Assembly: GCA_963924565.1 (NCBI GenBank)
Contig: OZ004612.1
Coordinates: 806,001-870,000 of the forward strand
Origin: Ascidiella aspersa
Taxonomy: Eukaryota
Length of the DNA stretch: 64,000 bases
Direction: 5' to 3'
Part shown: piece by piece, positions 41,020-51,779 of the stretch
Position numbering within the stretch: the first letter of the stretch is position 1
How the letters are laid out: each line of letters starts with the position of its first letter
The notes under the pieces: model-generated
Seen by the model: only the letters and a program-made list of their open reading frames with translations
What the model was told of the DNA's origin: nothing
The model's database searches: none
Program-made: the position numbers and the translations under genes

Positions 41020-41620
41020 TCTTAAAAACAAACAGCTTCAAACAAGTGTAACTTCCACCGCTCGATGAAAGACACACACAAACATATGTGTTTAATAACA
41101 TCTGTGATCTAGCCCCTCGGAAGTTGCTTTATGACCAACGATTACGGCTTCCGTATCAATAGTACACCGAAAAGCCATCGCAGACTACCCGAATCTGTCG
41201 ATCTATGATGATGCAAGCAGAGCAAGCCAGAAAAACAACTGGCCTGCAGTGAGGTTCGAACTCACGACCTCCGGTCAAGCCGGGACCGTCGCTCTACCAA
41301 CTGAGCTATGCAGGCTCAGAGTTCCACCGCTCGATGTCGCCCTTGAGCTCGATTAATTACCGCGATCAAATGGCTGAAGCTTAATCTGAGCAAGACTGTC
41401 AGAACAATACGGCGCTGCGAATGAGAGATGTTTCATGTTCGCATACATCAGTTGATTTATCGTTTATGTGTCGATATCCGTGGCCCTAGTTTGTGGATAA
41501 CAATTGCGATTTCTTAACATTACCTTATTTTCATCGACAAATCAAAGAAACTTGAATATCTTTGAAAGTTTGCATTTTGTCTTGTGTAAACATTACGTTT
41601 CGGTTTTAGACTTTCAGCTA
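41020..41620 (-). pseudogene. Decayed 5' relic of a divergent NTase-TPR paralog (relic 4), interrupted by a SINE
   Basis: Homologous to relics 1-3, with a SINE inserted at 41068-41321. Confidence 0.6.
41068..41321 (-). mobile_element. tRNA-derived SINE with a 15-bp target-site duplication
   Basis: The head at 41242-41315 folds as a cloverleaf (GCCTGCA/TGCAGGC acceptor stem, A-box TAGCTCAGTTGGTAGAGC, B-box GTTCGAACC). TTCCACCGCTCGATG is duplicated at 41053-41067 and 41322-41336. The empty site is seen near 15173. Confidence 0.9.
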
Positions 41621-42691
41621 TGACTCATCACAGCTATTTTAATTATATCGTCGCAAATATAAACCCTGTGAAAAAACAATAATGTCTTTACTTTGTACTT
41701 AGTGATCTTTATTCAAACGACCCATGTTTTATGACATATTCATTATAAATCTACAAATTCACTTAAGATGCTGATTTGCTTTAAACACGATATTGTAGAG
41801 TTATCATTGGTCGGATCCAGGTGGTGGCCACCAGGCAATGTGTGGACTCATAAACTATTTCTGCCATAAACTCTAATGCAATCTGTTTTCAATTTATTTT
41901 TAATGCCATATCTTAAAAAAAATATTTTTTTGCGCTTAGAGTGATTAGCCTAATATTTCACTTGCATATTTGCGCACATGTTCACAAAATTAAAAACAGT
42001 GAAAGTGACGACATTTGTCCAGAACTTGTTCCACGCAAGACGAGAATGTGAAGCACTTGGATTTGTTGAAACGGGAACACACAATAAGTGCAGTGCTTTA
42101 AACGACACCGTTGGTCGCCATTGTTTTGGCGCCGGACTATTTGTACTTGTTTGAGCTTATAGGTGTTAATAGAAGGGGGGATTAGAATTATTAGGGAAAT
42201 TAGTGATAAAGTTGAGGGTAGGGTTTTAAATTAGTTTAATGGAAACATGTTATCTTTTACTTGTTCGTCTAGTTTTGGTTTAAAATTTAGTTTTATTTTG
42301 ACGTTGATGTATTTCTGATTCCTGTTTTATTATTGAAATTAAGTGCGCTGCGCTGTATTGTGACGCGTGTTGCCAAACAATAAGCCTCTTTACATGGTGA
42401 AATTAAGTGGGTTAACACGATTCTCTAACCCACTTAAACTGACGCAGCAATTTTTCGTTACGCTTCGCTGAATATTATCGTGCTTAAGCGCGTCAACTCA
42501 ACTCGTCACAGGTAAGTTACGCGCTTGTTTAGTGGGTTACGATTTCTTTGTTCTAAGTCTTGGCTGTGGTTTAATACTGTGCATAAAATTTGGACTACGC
42601 AAAGCAAGTTTATACTTGATTAGCCTAATTTCATCTGAATTTATTATAATGAATAATCTATAAATAGTGTTTTAGGTTTTTTAAAATCAGT

Positions 42692-43799
42692 ATGAAAAAG
42701 CAGCAGATATACTATTACCGATCACGATGCCATACCGAAAAAGATATCCTTAGGCAAATAGATGGCCGAAAACAAAGAAATAAACCAATATTTGATCATT
42801 TGGCAGAAGAAATGAAGACGCAGCATGGATTAACTTACACTAGGTTTGTTTATTTGGCATGCGTTTTGCATTATTTGAATCTTAACTTTTTTTGTCTTGA
42901 ATTAGATAATTTTATGTCCTAATTCCTTTATTCAAGTTCTATATTAATAGTTTGTTTAAATTTGTAAATGATTTAAGAATAAAATCATTACCTAATACCA
43001 CAAATAAAAACAAAGACTAATGTATACACTAAGCATTTAACCCTAACATTTGCTAATATGTTTGCCAGTGAATTGATCTATGTTAAGGTTAATAAAAATC
43101 CCATAAAACTTGAACATAAGTTTTATTTAGCTTTGGTATTTTATTTTTTTTTTAATTTTACCACTGCACATGGGTGTAGTTTACAGCTAAGGGAAAAATG
43201 GAAAAGCCTCAAAAGAATCTACAATCTAAAGTTGCTATATTACAGTAGAAATTTCTAATAAATGCTAATCTTGTTTTTAGCACATGACGAAACGCCACAG
43301 CAGGAAATACCAAACATAGGTAAGAAGATGAATGGTTTTATTGTGATTTAGCCTAATTAGCTTTTATTAAATGTAGACTTCTGAATAGTGTACATTTAAT
43401 TTTTTGGTGCTATACTTTGCAGACCATAAACCTTGTACCAGCAGCAACATAAGACCCAGACCACCAAAGTGACGCCGGCTTGTAAACAAAGGTGAGCTTT
43501 GCAACCAATGTGCAATTGTGTATGTGTGCAATGCCTTGATGGAAATATTGGTATTTCAAAATAAATATCTATTTAAAACAATTTTATAATACCAGTATGG
43601 CTTTATAGAGTCAACTGATTCATCATTCGAAAAATTATGCACTATCTTTAATGATAACTCCGAAAAAGCCAGAGTGCTCATGGAAAAAATGCTAAGTGGA
43701 ATCAGAACGGATTTCCAACAACCTAAACTGTCTCCACAACCACCCATGGAACTCCAGGTCATGGTTCCACAAAACAACCCATCAGATGAAGAACTTTAA
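42692..43799 (+). pseudogene. Harbinger accessory Myb/SANT-like DNA-binding protein, decayed and spliced
   Basis: DGRKQRNKPIFDHLAEEM and QLREKWKSLKRIY are Myb/SANT(trihelix)-like segments inside the element. Confidence 0.6.
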
Positions 43800-44396
43800 C
43801 TTCTGTATGCCTACATATCTTTATTTTTTTTAACTTTCGCCTTTGTAATCATGCACCTTTCTTTCTACCTTACTGTTCTACATATGCACCACTACTATTT
43901 TTTTACAATGTATCATAAAATACAATGCTGTACATATTTTTCTTTCATTTTTTATTTATCCATTTTTTTTTTGTTAAACTATTGTACATTATATCCTTTT
44001 ACTTTTTTTAAACTTACCAGTGCAACTGTGTTTTTTGTTATCATGCACCTCTCTACCTTACTGTTTTACATATTTGCACCTTTCATTTTTGTTTTAAATT
44101 TGCAGTGTACTGTGTTTGGTATTCAGTTCAACTACTGTTTCCTTTTTTCAAAATTTTTTATTGGCAATTATTTTTATGTTATTTTAACTGTACATAATAT
44201 GCACCTTCTTATACTGTTCTACATATAGGCACTTTCGTTTTTTTCAAAATAAAATACAATACTGTACATAAGAATCTTTGGTGTTGGTTCCAATGTTTCA
44301 TAAAACAAAATTAGGTGACTGTGTTTTATTACAAACGCACAACAAAAGAAAAAATTATCGACAAAACAATACTACGAAAATTGCACAAAAACAGGC

Positions 44397-46318
44397 CTAT
44401 AAAAAACGACTTGACTGTCTTTGGGGCAGATTTTTGCTAATATGTTGCATCAAAATATCACGATGATGCACACCATCACCTGTAGCTACATCACAGGGCC
44501 TACTGACAGGCTGGTCAGCAAAAGGTAGATTATGATGGCCGAATGTAACTGCTTCGATTACTGCAGAGTTTGACAATTCACACAAATTATGTAAAATACA
44601 GCAAGCTCCAATTATTGTTGGTGCAAAATCTATGCGTGCTTCAATCTTTCTTAGTATGCGCCACCGGGCCTTGAGCTTTCCAAATGCATTTTCCACTACA
44701 ATGCGTGCACTACTGTGATAACAATTAAAAGATTCTTTTTCTGGTGAAATTCTTGACCCAATGTAGGGCTTAATCAGCCATGGTAATATTAGATAGGCGG
44801 GATCACCAAGAATAAGCAGTGGTATGTTCACACCTTCAATATTTAAGGGTGCCTAGAACAAAAAAGTTGTGAAATACATAATTAATATAGTAAACAATTA
44901 TAGTTACACTTACTTTTGGTAAAGTATTGGAGTGCTTGAACAATGCTGAGTTCTTAAAAACTGATGCGTCATGGCAACTTCCAGGCATTTTGATGCTTAC
45001 ATTTCTAAAACTAAAAGTTTATTTAATTATGTAAGTGTTTAAAAAAAATTTCACAACAAAAATCATCACTGCATAATAAACTAACCATAATTTGTCATCG
45101 ACAACAGCTTGCAGCACATAAGAATCCAAACCTTTGCGGTTCGTATGATCTTTCTTTCCTTCTATAGGAGCAGTAACGGCAATGTGCGAACCATCAATGC
45201 AGCCCATAACCTGGCTTCGCTGACGGCCGGAATTGTTTAATGTAGAATGACCTGCTTTAACGCAGGAAACATCACGCCACTTTTGGGGAATTCTGACGTA
45301 ACACGAATGGCTAGTCGTAAACAAAACAAGTTTAGCGCATAAGGAAAGAACACTACATACACTCGTTTGAATCAGATACTAATTTGTGACTGAGGCGCTG
45401 TTCTAGAATCGACAAAATATAACATTATTCGGGTTAGGATGCGGGTTTGGGTAGGTTTAAATAGTAATAGTTGGCCCACCCTCACCCAAATATTGTACAT
45501 TGCTTTGATAACTGTAACGCTGTGGTAGGATTCTAGGCCAGCGCCAAATACAGTGTTTATTAATGTTTGGCTTATCACCTTCTCTTGTCCGCTGTGCCTT
45601 GTATATAGCGTTGGCCAGCACAAACAAGCTTAACTTTCCTGCACTTACATTCTGTGTGCCAGGTAAACTGAAGCAATATACAGTCAAAAACGTACTTAAT
45701 CGGCAAACCTAACTCAAGTAATTCTTATGTTTTTTTTCAATTTTAGGTTTATAAAAACGAACAAGCAGCAATAAATTGCTACCGCAAGGAGTAGCCTAAG
45801 CCGAAAAATCGGTTGTGCGTCAGAGGTTTACTGGAATATTACGTAATAATGCATATCAGTGCAGCTTGTACATTCAAGCTGGCTTGAATTTCACACCATG
45901 TAATTACGACGCTGGAACGGATTACTTTTCAAGCCGGCTTGAACCTTAATCTAATCTGCCTGAGAAAGGTGCATGTAAACAGGCTTATTGACAAGGTCAT
46001 CAAACTTTGTTTTTTTCATTCTAAAGTGTTTAAGCCACTGAGCATCATTAAATCCAACAACAGTTTTTTCCCAAAACTCTTTTGACCTATGTACATTAGT
46101 GTATTTTCCTCAACTTATAATTTTTATTTTAAATGCCACAAAACATACCTATTCATCATCCATACACTTTTTGTTCGTCTTCTATTATGGTGTAATCTTG
46201 TTGCTACCAACACTTGAAACAAACTTTTTCGAGCGATCAAACGCTTGCGGTGCAATAACACAATAACCATAACTTGCAAAATATACTTGTAATAAATAAC
46301 TACCACTCTCGGATCCAT
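44397..46318 (-). pseudogene. Harbinger (HARBI1-like, DDE_Tnp_4) transposase, spliced, central part replaced
   Basis: GCIDGSHI, NRKG..S..LQAVVD, PGSCHDASVF, LGDPAY, VVENAFGKLKARWRIL, plus N-terminal W.KHFRMKK..FD.L near 45990-46050. The segment 45211-45986 is unrelated sequence. Confidence 0.85.
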
Positions 46319-47283
46319 AGTTTCCTAATTATTTCAATAATAAGCTGAAATTAAAAAAGGTGTATACTTATCTAAAGTGCTGTTAAACCAAAATTCAAGC
46401 ATATATGCTTTCCAGAGTAAGAAGTCAACATAGTTTTGCTTTGCAACTACGCCGCCTGCAACATACAGAACGCTAACGTTCACAGACATTTTCGCTTTTC
46501 GACAGATTTTCCTAACATTTTTTCCCTAACCCGGGTTTAATGAACCATGTAAATCCACTCGCTTATCGTGTTAACACAATAATTACCGCAACTCTCTAAC
46601 CCGTGTTAACTATCCCACTCATCTAATTAGGCTTAATGTCTTGAGTTCTAAAATGTAAGATCTCCGATATTTTACAAACTCTGGTTCGCTTGAAATCGCT
46701 TGATATTTAACTTGTATGCGGGAATAGGCGACCACTGCTCTACCAACTGAGCTAACAACAAACTAAACAAACTAATATTTGCTAAGATTTTGAGAAATTT
46801 CTTTATACTTTAGCATAAAATTGCTTCGCTTATCTACTCCTATGACTTTATAACATCAACAATGTTTCAATAAATGAAAGAAAGTTTTGTGTTTGATTTT
46901 AAATGAAGCCCTTAAATATACATTTTCCAAACTTTATATTCCAATATTTGGCGACAGCAAATGATTTGCCAATAACGAAAATTACAATATTAGACGCTTT
47001 GTCGCAAACGCGAAAAAAGTTTTTTTAAGTTTATATGCGAAAATAAGAAATTCCATAACAAAAGATCTTGGTCATGGCAAATAACTAACCAAAAAATATT
47101 CATTAGCGTTAATTATTTTTGCATTATGAATTACGATACTTTGTTTAAACACAAAAATTATACAAATTTTATTCAACATATTTTTGTTTCTAGATCGTAC
47201 AAAAAGTCATTTTTATACGAAACTAGCTCCCGACGATTTTACCTTTCAAGGTTTCAAATTAGCGAAAATAATTAGAAAAAAGT

Positions 47284-50200
47284 TTATTTTTTCGATTTCA
47301 AACCACGTCTTGCAAGTTTTTTTGTTTTGTAGCAATGATTAATTCTCTCACTCGCCAAAGGATGGTCGATTTTTTTCCACAACTTGATTGCTGTTTTCGA
47401 ACTCTGCATTGCTTTGTCATGTTGCTCCATCTGCAAATAACATTCACCGATTAGCTTGTGACAATCTGCGATAACCATCGCTGCATCTTTATCGGGATCC
47501 GACGTCAAATGAAGTTTGATATCTTGTTCAAAGCATTTTACCGCATTTTCAAACTTGCCAAGTTGTTGATATGAACGACCGACATAATATAATAAATATT
47601 TTCGTTGTTGTAATGAAAGCTGTTTCATATATTCTTGCCCTTTTTTGAAGTAATTAACAGTCTGTTCATGTTTTTCAATTTAAAGCCACAAATAATGAGT
47701 AACACAGAACAGTTTCCAATCATGTGATCCATCTCTACAGTTTTATGAAAACCCAAATACATTTTCAGAGAAGTTTCCAGTGTGTTATAAGCTTCCTCGT
47801 ATCGATCAAGTAGGATAAGACAAATTCCAGCGTTTAATTTCGCGTTTGCAACTAACTGCACAAAGTTATGTCCTTGATGTTCATCACACGTGGAGATTGC
47901 TTTTTGAAACTGATATAACGCAAATTTGTAATCATTGTTGCTACAATAATGTATTCCCTTACACCTATACTTGTCAGCTCTGACAAGAACCTTGCTTCGC
48001 TGAAAATATTTACTTGAGGGGTAGAGCTCATAAGCTTCCTTAAACAAATCACTTGCTCGTAAAAAGTTATTTGTTTTTACGTGAATTTGAGCCCGGAGCC
48101 GTTTGCATTCAGCAGGGAGATGATATTTCTTGTTTGGAACATAATGTTTACTTTTCGAAATATGTTCCGCCACATCGATTGCGTTTTCAGCTTCTGTGTA
48201 GTTTTCCATAGCGATGTAAGGTAGAGCACGTTCTACCAACGCAACTGCTGTGTCGTGATCTGAAGTTTCATCGAAGGCGTTTTTACGACATTGATGTAGA
48301 TGTTTCTCGCCGTATTTAATGCTTTCTTGGTATTTTCCAAATGCACGGTAATACCGAGCAATACAGAGTTGTGCATATTTGTAAACATTGTCGTCTAGAA
48401 CAAGGTTAAGTATCTTGCTGGCCTTCTCAAACATATTCTCTCTAACATACAACCCGAACAACTCGCATTGGTATGGTCGTGAATTTTTGTTTGTGCTGTT
48501 TGACTGAAAAGCTTTTTCGAAACATTTAATCGCAAGCAAGATAAATCCAAGTTCGTTGCAACAAATTCCAATCTCATACAAAATTACACTACGCCTTTGA
48601 AAATCTAACGCAAAGAACTTTAAAGCAAGTTCATGTTGATCAAGTCTAGAGTGACACAAACCCTCCAAATAGGAAATGTCTGCTTTTGAAGCTTTTAACT
48701 CAAATGTATTTCTGCTTTTGCATGTTTTAATGACCTCGATTGCTTCGTTATACAAACGTAAACACATAAGAGAAAGTATAACACGAAGCCAAGGTGATTG
48801 TTTTGATTCAGATTGCTTGTTGGTGAACATTTGCAAAATGGAAGCTAAAGAGAAAAATTCAACAATTCTTGATTTACCAAATACTTCCAGCAACAAATTA
48901 TGAAATGGTTCAAATCTTGCGTCAAGATAATCGCACTGGCCGGAGTATTTGAAATAAACCCGCAACCTAACTTCACAGGCGAAAGCAAGTGCGAACATAA
49001 AATCATCCGATTGTTGCTGTGGTATTTGGCTTGGAGTCAATTCCCGCAGAATATCGAAAGAAGACGACGATTTGCAATTATATCGTCTACCAAGTGCTGC
49101 TATAAACAAAGTGACGCTTCGAAATACGACGCTTTTGATGTTTACTGAGTCTTTCTCATGCATCAAAGCCAAGCATTTATCGATGTTGAATTTGTCAGTA
49201 TCTTCCTTAAGTTGTTTTTTCAAATTCTCATCGAAAAGAGGTTGTTGTAAGATGTCAATTGTTTTCATCTTCATTTGATCGTAGATTGCATCATCGCCAC
49301 AAACAAAGCATGTTTTAGTTAAAATATCGCCCAAGTGGTAACCGTTTTTAAGGTCAATATCCCTTTCAAGATATTCAAGCATTTCAGAAACAGGTTTGAT
49401 CAGCTCAGTATCCCAGGGTTTGTTCGGTGTAGCTGACCTACCAAGTGGAAACTTGCAAGCAAAAGTAACCATTCTATCAAACGAAATGCCACGAGGTGTG
49501 TGCGCATCAAAGAACCAGCCCTTACCATTATTTTTGTCTGGATCATTAATGAAAGGCAACGAAACGTGAGGTATTAAGGTTTCACCAAAGTTTACAACCA
49601 CAACTTGAAACATCACAGACACCCAACGGAAATATTCAAGTATATCATCATAATCTGAACGATTTTGAACACCTTCTTCCAACAAATAGATGTGCTCAAA
49701 ATCTGAATAAGGAGTGATTTCATTTCTAGCAAGTGATCCCATTCCAACCAAAGCATATTTACAAGGAGCTGAACCTGTAGCTTCCACACAAAACTCCATT
49801 ATATCTGCCATGAGCCACTTGTATTTTTCCGTGATGATTTTTTGCAAACTCTCTATCAGACTAGCTCTACGTTGATCGGTTTGTGCAAGTGAAATTGCTT
49901 TTAACGCAATATCGTTTATCCAACACCGAAAGTCTTTCACTTTAGTGACAGATGCTTCAACCAGTTGCTTCAAACTGTCCACACTGGTGTCATGGCTGCC
50001 AGCAAGTTGAAGAACATGCCAACAAAGCTCATCGAGATCTTTCTCAACCTCAGCAACGTTGTCAGGTTTCCTCACAATAGCTGCATTTAACAACACGGCG
50101 CTGCGAATGAGAGATATTTTCTTGTCGCGTCCTGTTGATAATCGGGCAATTATTTGATATGCAAGGCCTAGTCTGTGCATGACTTTAGCAGATGTCTTGG

Positions 50201-50300
50201 GGTCTCTTTCTTTTCCGTTTGCAAAGCATTGTGACTTTAACTCTTTTGCTAACGGTTCAGTAAAGCTTATCAAATATTCAACAGACACAGTGTTTCCCAT
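47284..50300 (-). pseudogene. NTase-TPR copy 5 with a divergent N-terminus (MGNTVS); single late frameshift, so possibly a functional 891-aa truncated form
   Basis: An 891-aa ORF at 47625..50300 plus a C-terminal piece at 47284..47628. There is a 1-nt loss in the T-run near 47671-47675 relative to copy 3. Acceptor ctttttcacag lies 20 nt upstream of the ATG. Confidence 0.8.
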
Positions 50301-50571
50301 TTTAGGTTTAAACTGACTAGCTGTGAAAAAGAAAGTTTAACTTTCTTAAATGTTGTGAATTTAAACAAATAAAAATTTTTAATAGTAGAATATTCTAGCA
50401 AAGCTAGCCAGTCAATATTAAGATATATACATTGATTTCTCCGGCAAACCGTCGTCAGTATTTCCTAATTAATGTAAATTTCTATTAAATAAAACGTAGA
50501 ACAAATAATAATTAATATAATGTTTCTAATTAATCTTCATTCACTTTGAACATGGTGGAGAAGGCACTGAT

Positions 50572-50687
50572 TATATATTTACTTCACGTTCCTTTCCGTT
50601 TGCGTAACATAATGACTTGAATTCCTTTGCAAGTTCAAAAGTTTTAACTTTGTAAATACTAGCTTTATTATCTGAGCACTCTTCCAT
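50572..50687 (-). pseudogene. Orphan 5' fragment of an NTase-TPR gene (MEECSDNKASIYKVKTFELAKEFKSLCYANGKEREVNI*)
   Basis: Near-identical to the first ~35 codons of copies 2-4. Its upstream flank 50690-51010 matches 20575-20890. Confidence 0.85.
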
Positions 50688-51681
50688 ATTACAACTGTTT
50701 TAAATTTTTAAAAAGGCAAGTAAGTTGTACAATGTAGGTTAATCTTGTTATTTACCAATTAAATGCATTCCAGATCTACAAAAACGACTTCTAATCTACA
50801 AGCAACCAAGCACTAATGACTGTAATTCAGTCTACATTGGAACAACTTAATATTAAGCTTAAACCAATACAAGTGAGCTATTATCTGTGACGGGACGAAA
50901 AATGGTTTCTGGTTTTGACGCGACAAAAACCGAAAGTGACGCGAGAATAAATATGGACCTTGAGCCATTGTTTGTCGAAGCGAGCAACGAGCAAACATAA
51001 TCCCAGTGATGTTTGTTTTGAACCGGAACGAAAATGTTTCAGGGCGAAGCAACAACTTGTAGTTTGGATCAAATTGTTTTGGAATAACTGTTTTCAATTG
51101 TTCCTTTCGCCAATTAAAACAAAGACAAAATGCACAACTATTTACAAGTTTATTAAATAAATATATTTAAATACGTTAACTGTAAGTTCTTGTTATTTTG
51201 GAAGTAAATTGTGACTCACTGGCAACTCGGTAAACATAAACGTAACTTAAATTCATCCATTTTTGTAATTTGACATTTTGTAATTGTCACAAATATGGTT
51301 AAAACACTTGATTTAATTCACATGTACTAAAGGGATATTTTTGCGGTGGTAATCACTTTTTAATTCGAAGCTTTATTATATTTATAAGTTATTTTAATTT
51401 TATATAAGTCTATATGCACATATTAAACTGTTTGTACATTATAAATGTTTAACATTCTATGCTGTTTGTAACATTTTGGAGTTTAGAACTAACATATTTT
51501 ATTTTTTCTCGTTAAACCAAACTTTTTTTTAAATTAAACTTATGTTTAAACCAAATCGCTCGAAATTTTAAATCTTGTCGATTTTTATCACAATTTAGCG
51601 GACAAACATTTAGCCAACATATTTTAAAATATTCAATAATTATTATTTTTTTAGTGCATAATCGTTGGAGGTTGTAGTAAG

Positions 51682-51779
51682 ATGTAATAAGAATATCAAA
51701 ACCCATATACAGAAGTAGGTATCTTTTGAACGTTACAAACGATACCTACTTCTGTATGGGTTTGATATTCTTATTACAT
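51682..51779. repeat. Near-perfect inverted repeat (arms of about 40 bp, 17-nt spacer)
   Basis: atgtaataagaatatcaaaacccatatacagaagtaggtatc ... gatacctacttctgtatgggtttgatattcttattacat. Confidence 0.9.

Larger units (their letters stand above)
42382..46634. mobile_element. PIF/Harbinger DNA transposon (defective) with convergent Myb/SANT-like and DDE transposase genes
   Basis: Termini AAGCCT...AGGCTT with a 3-bp AAT duplication (42379-81 and 46635-37). It splits a repeat module that is intact at 12232-12405. Two-ORF layout typical of Harbinger. Confidence 0.85.
33735..51010. repeat. Second copy of a segmental duplication of about 7250-20890 (two-gene NTase-TPR unit)
   Basis: Collinear non-coding matches: 7253-7630 vs 33735-34092; 11075-13345 vs 37525-39990; 14805-15415 vs 40716-41563; 20575-20890 vs 50690-51010. 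Confidence 0.8.

Noticed and set aside
41242-41315. Functional tRNA gene
   Set aside because: The anticodon loop is non-canonical (no U33), and it is embedded in a TSD-flanked insertion that is absent from paralogous sites, so it is a SINE head.
9707-49278. Recurrent plus-strand ORFs (MQLYRLPSAAINK...)
   Set aside because: They are antisense shadows of the conserved NTase coding region.
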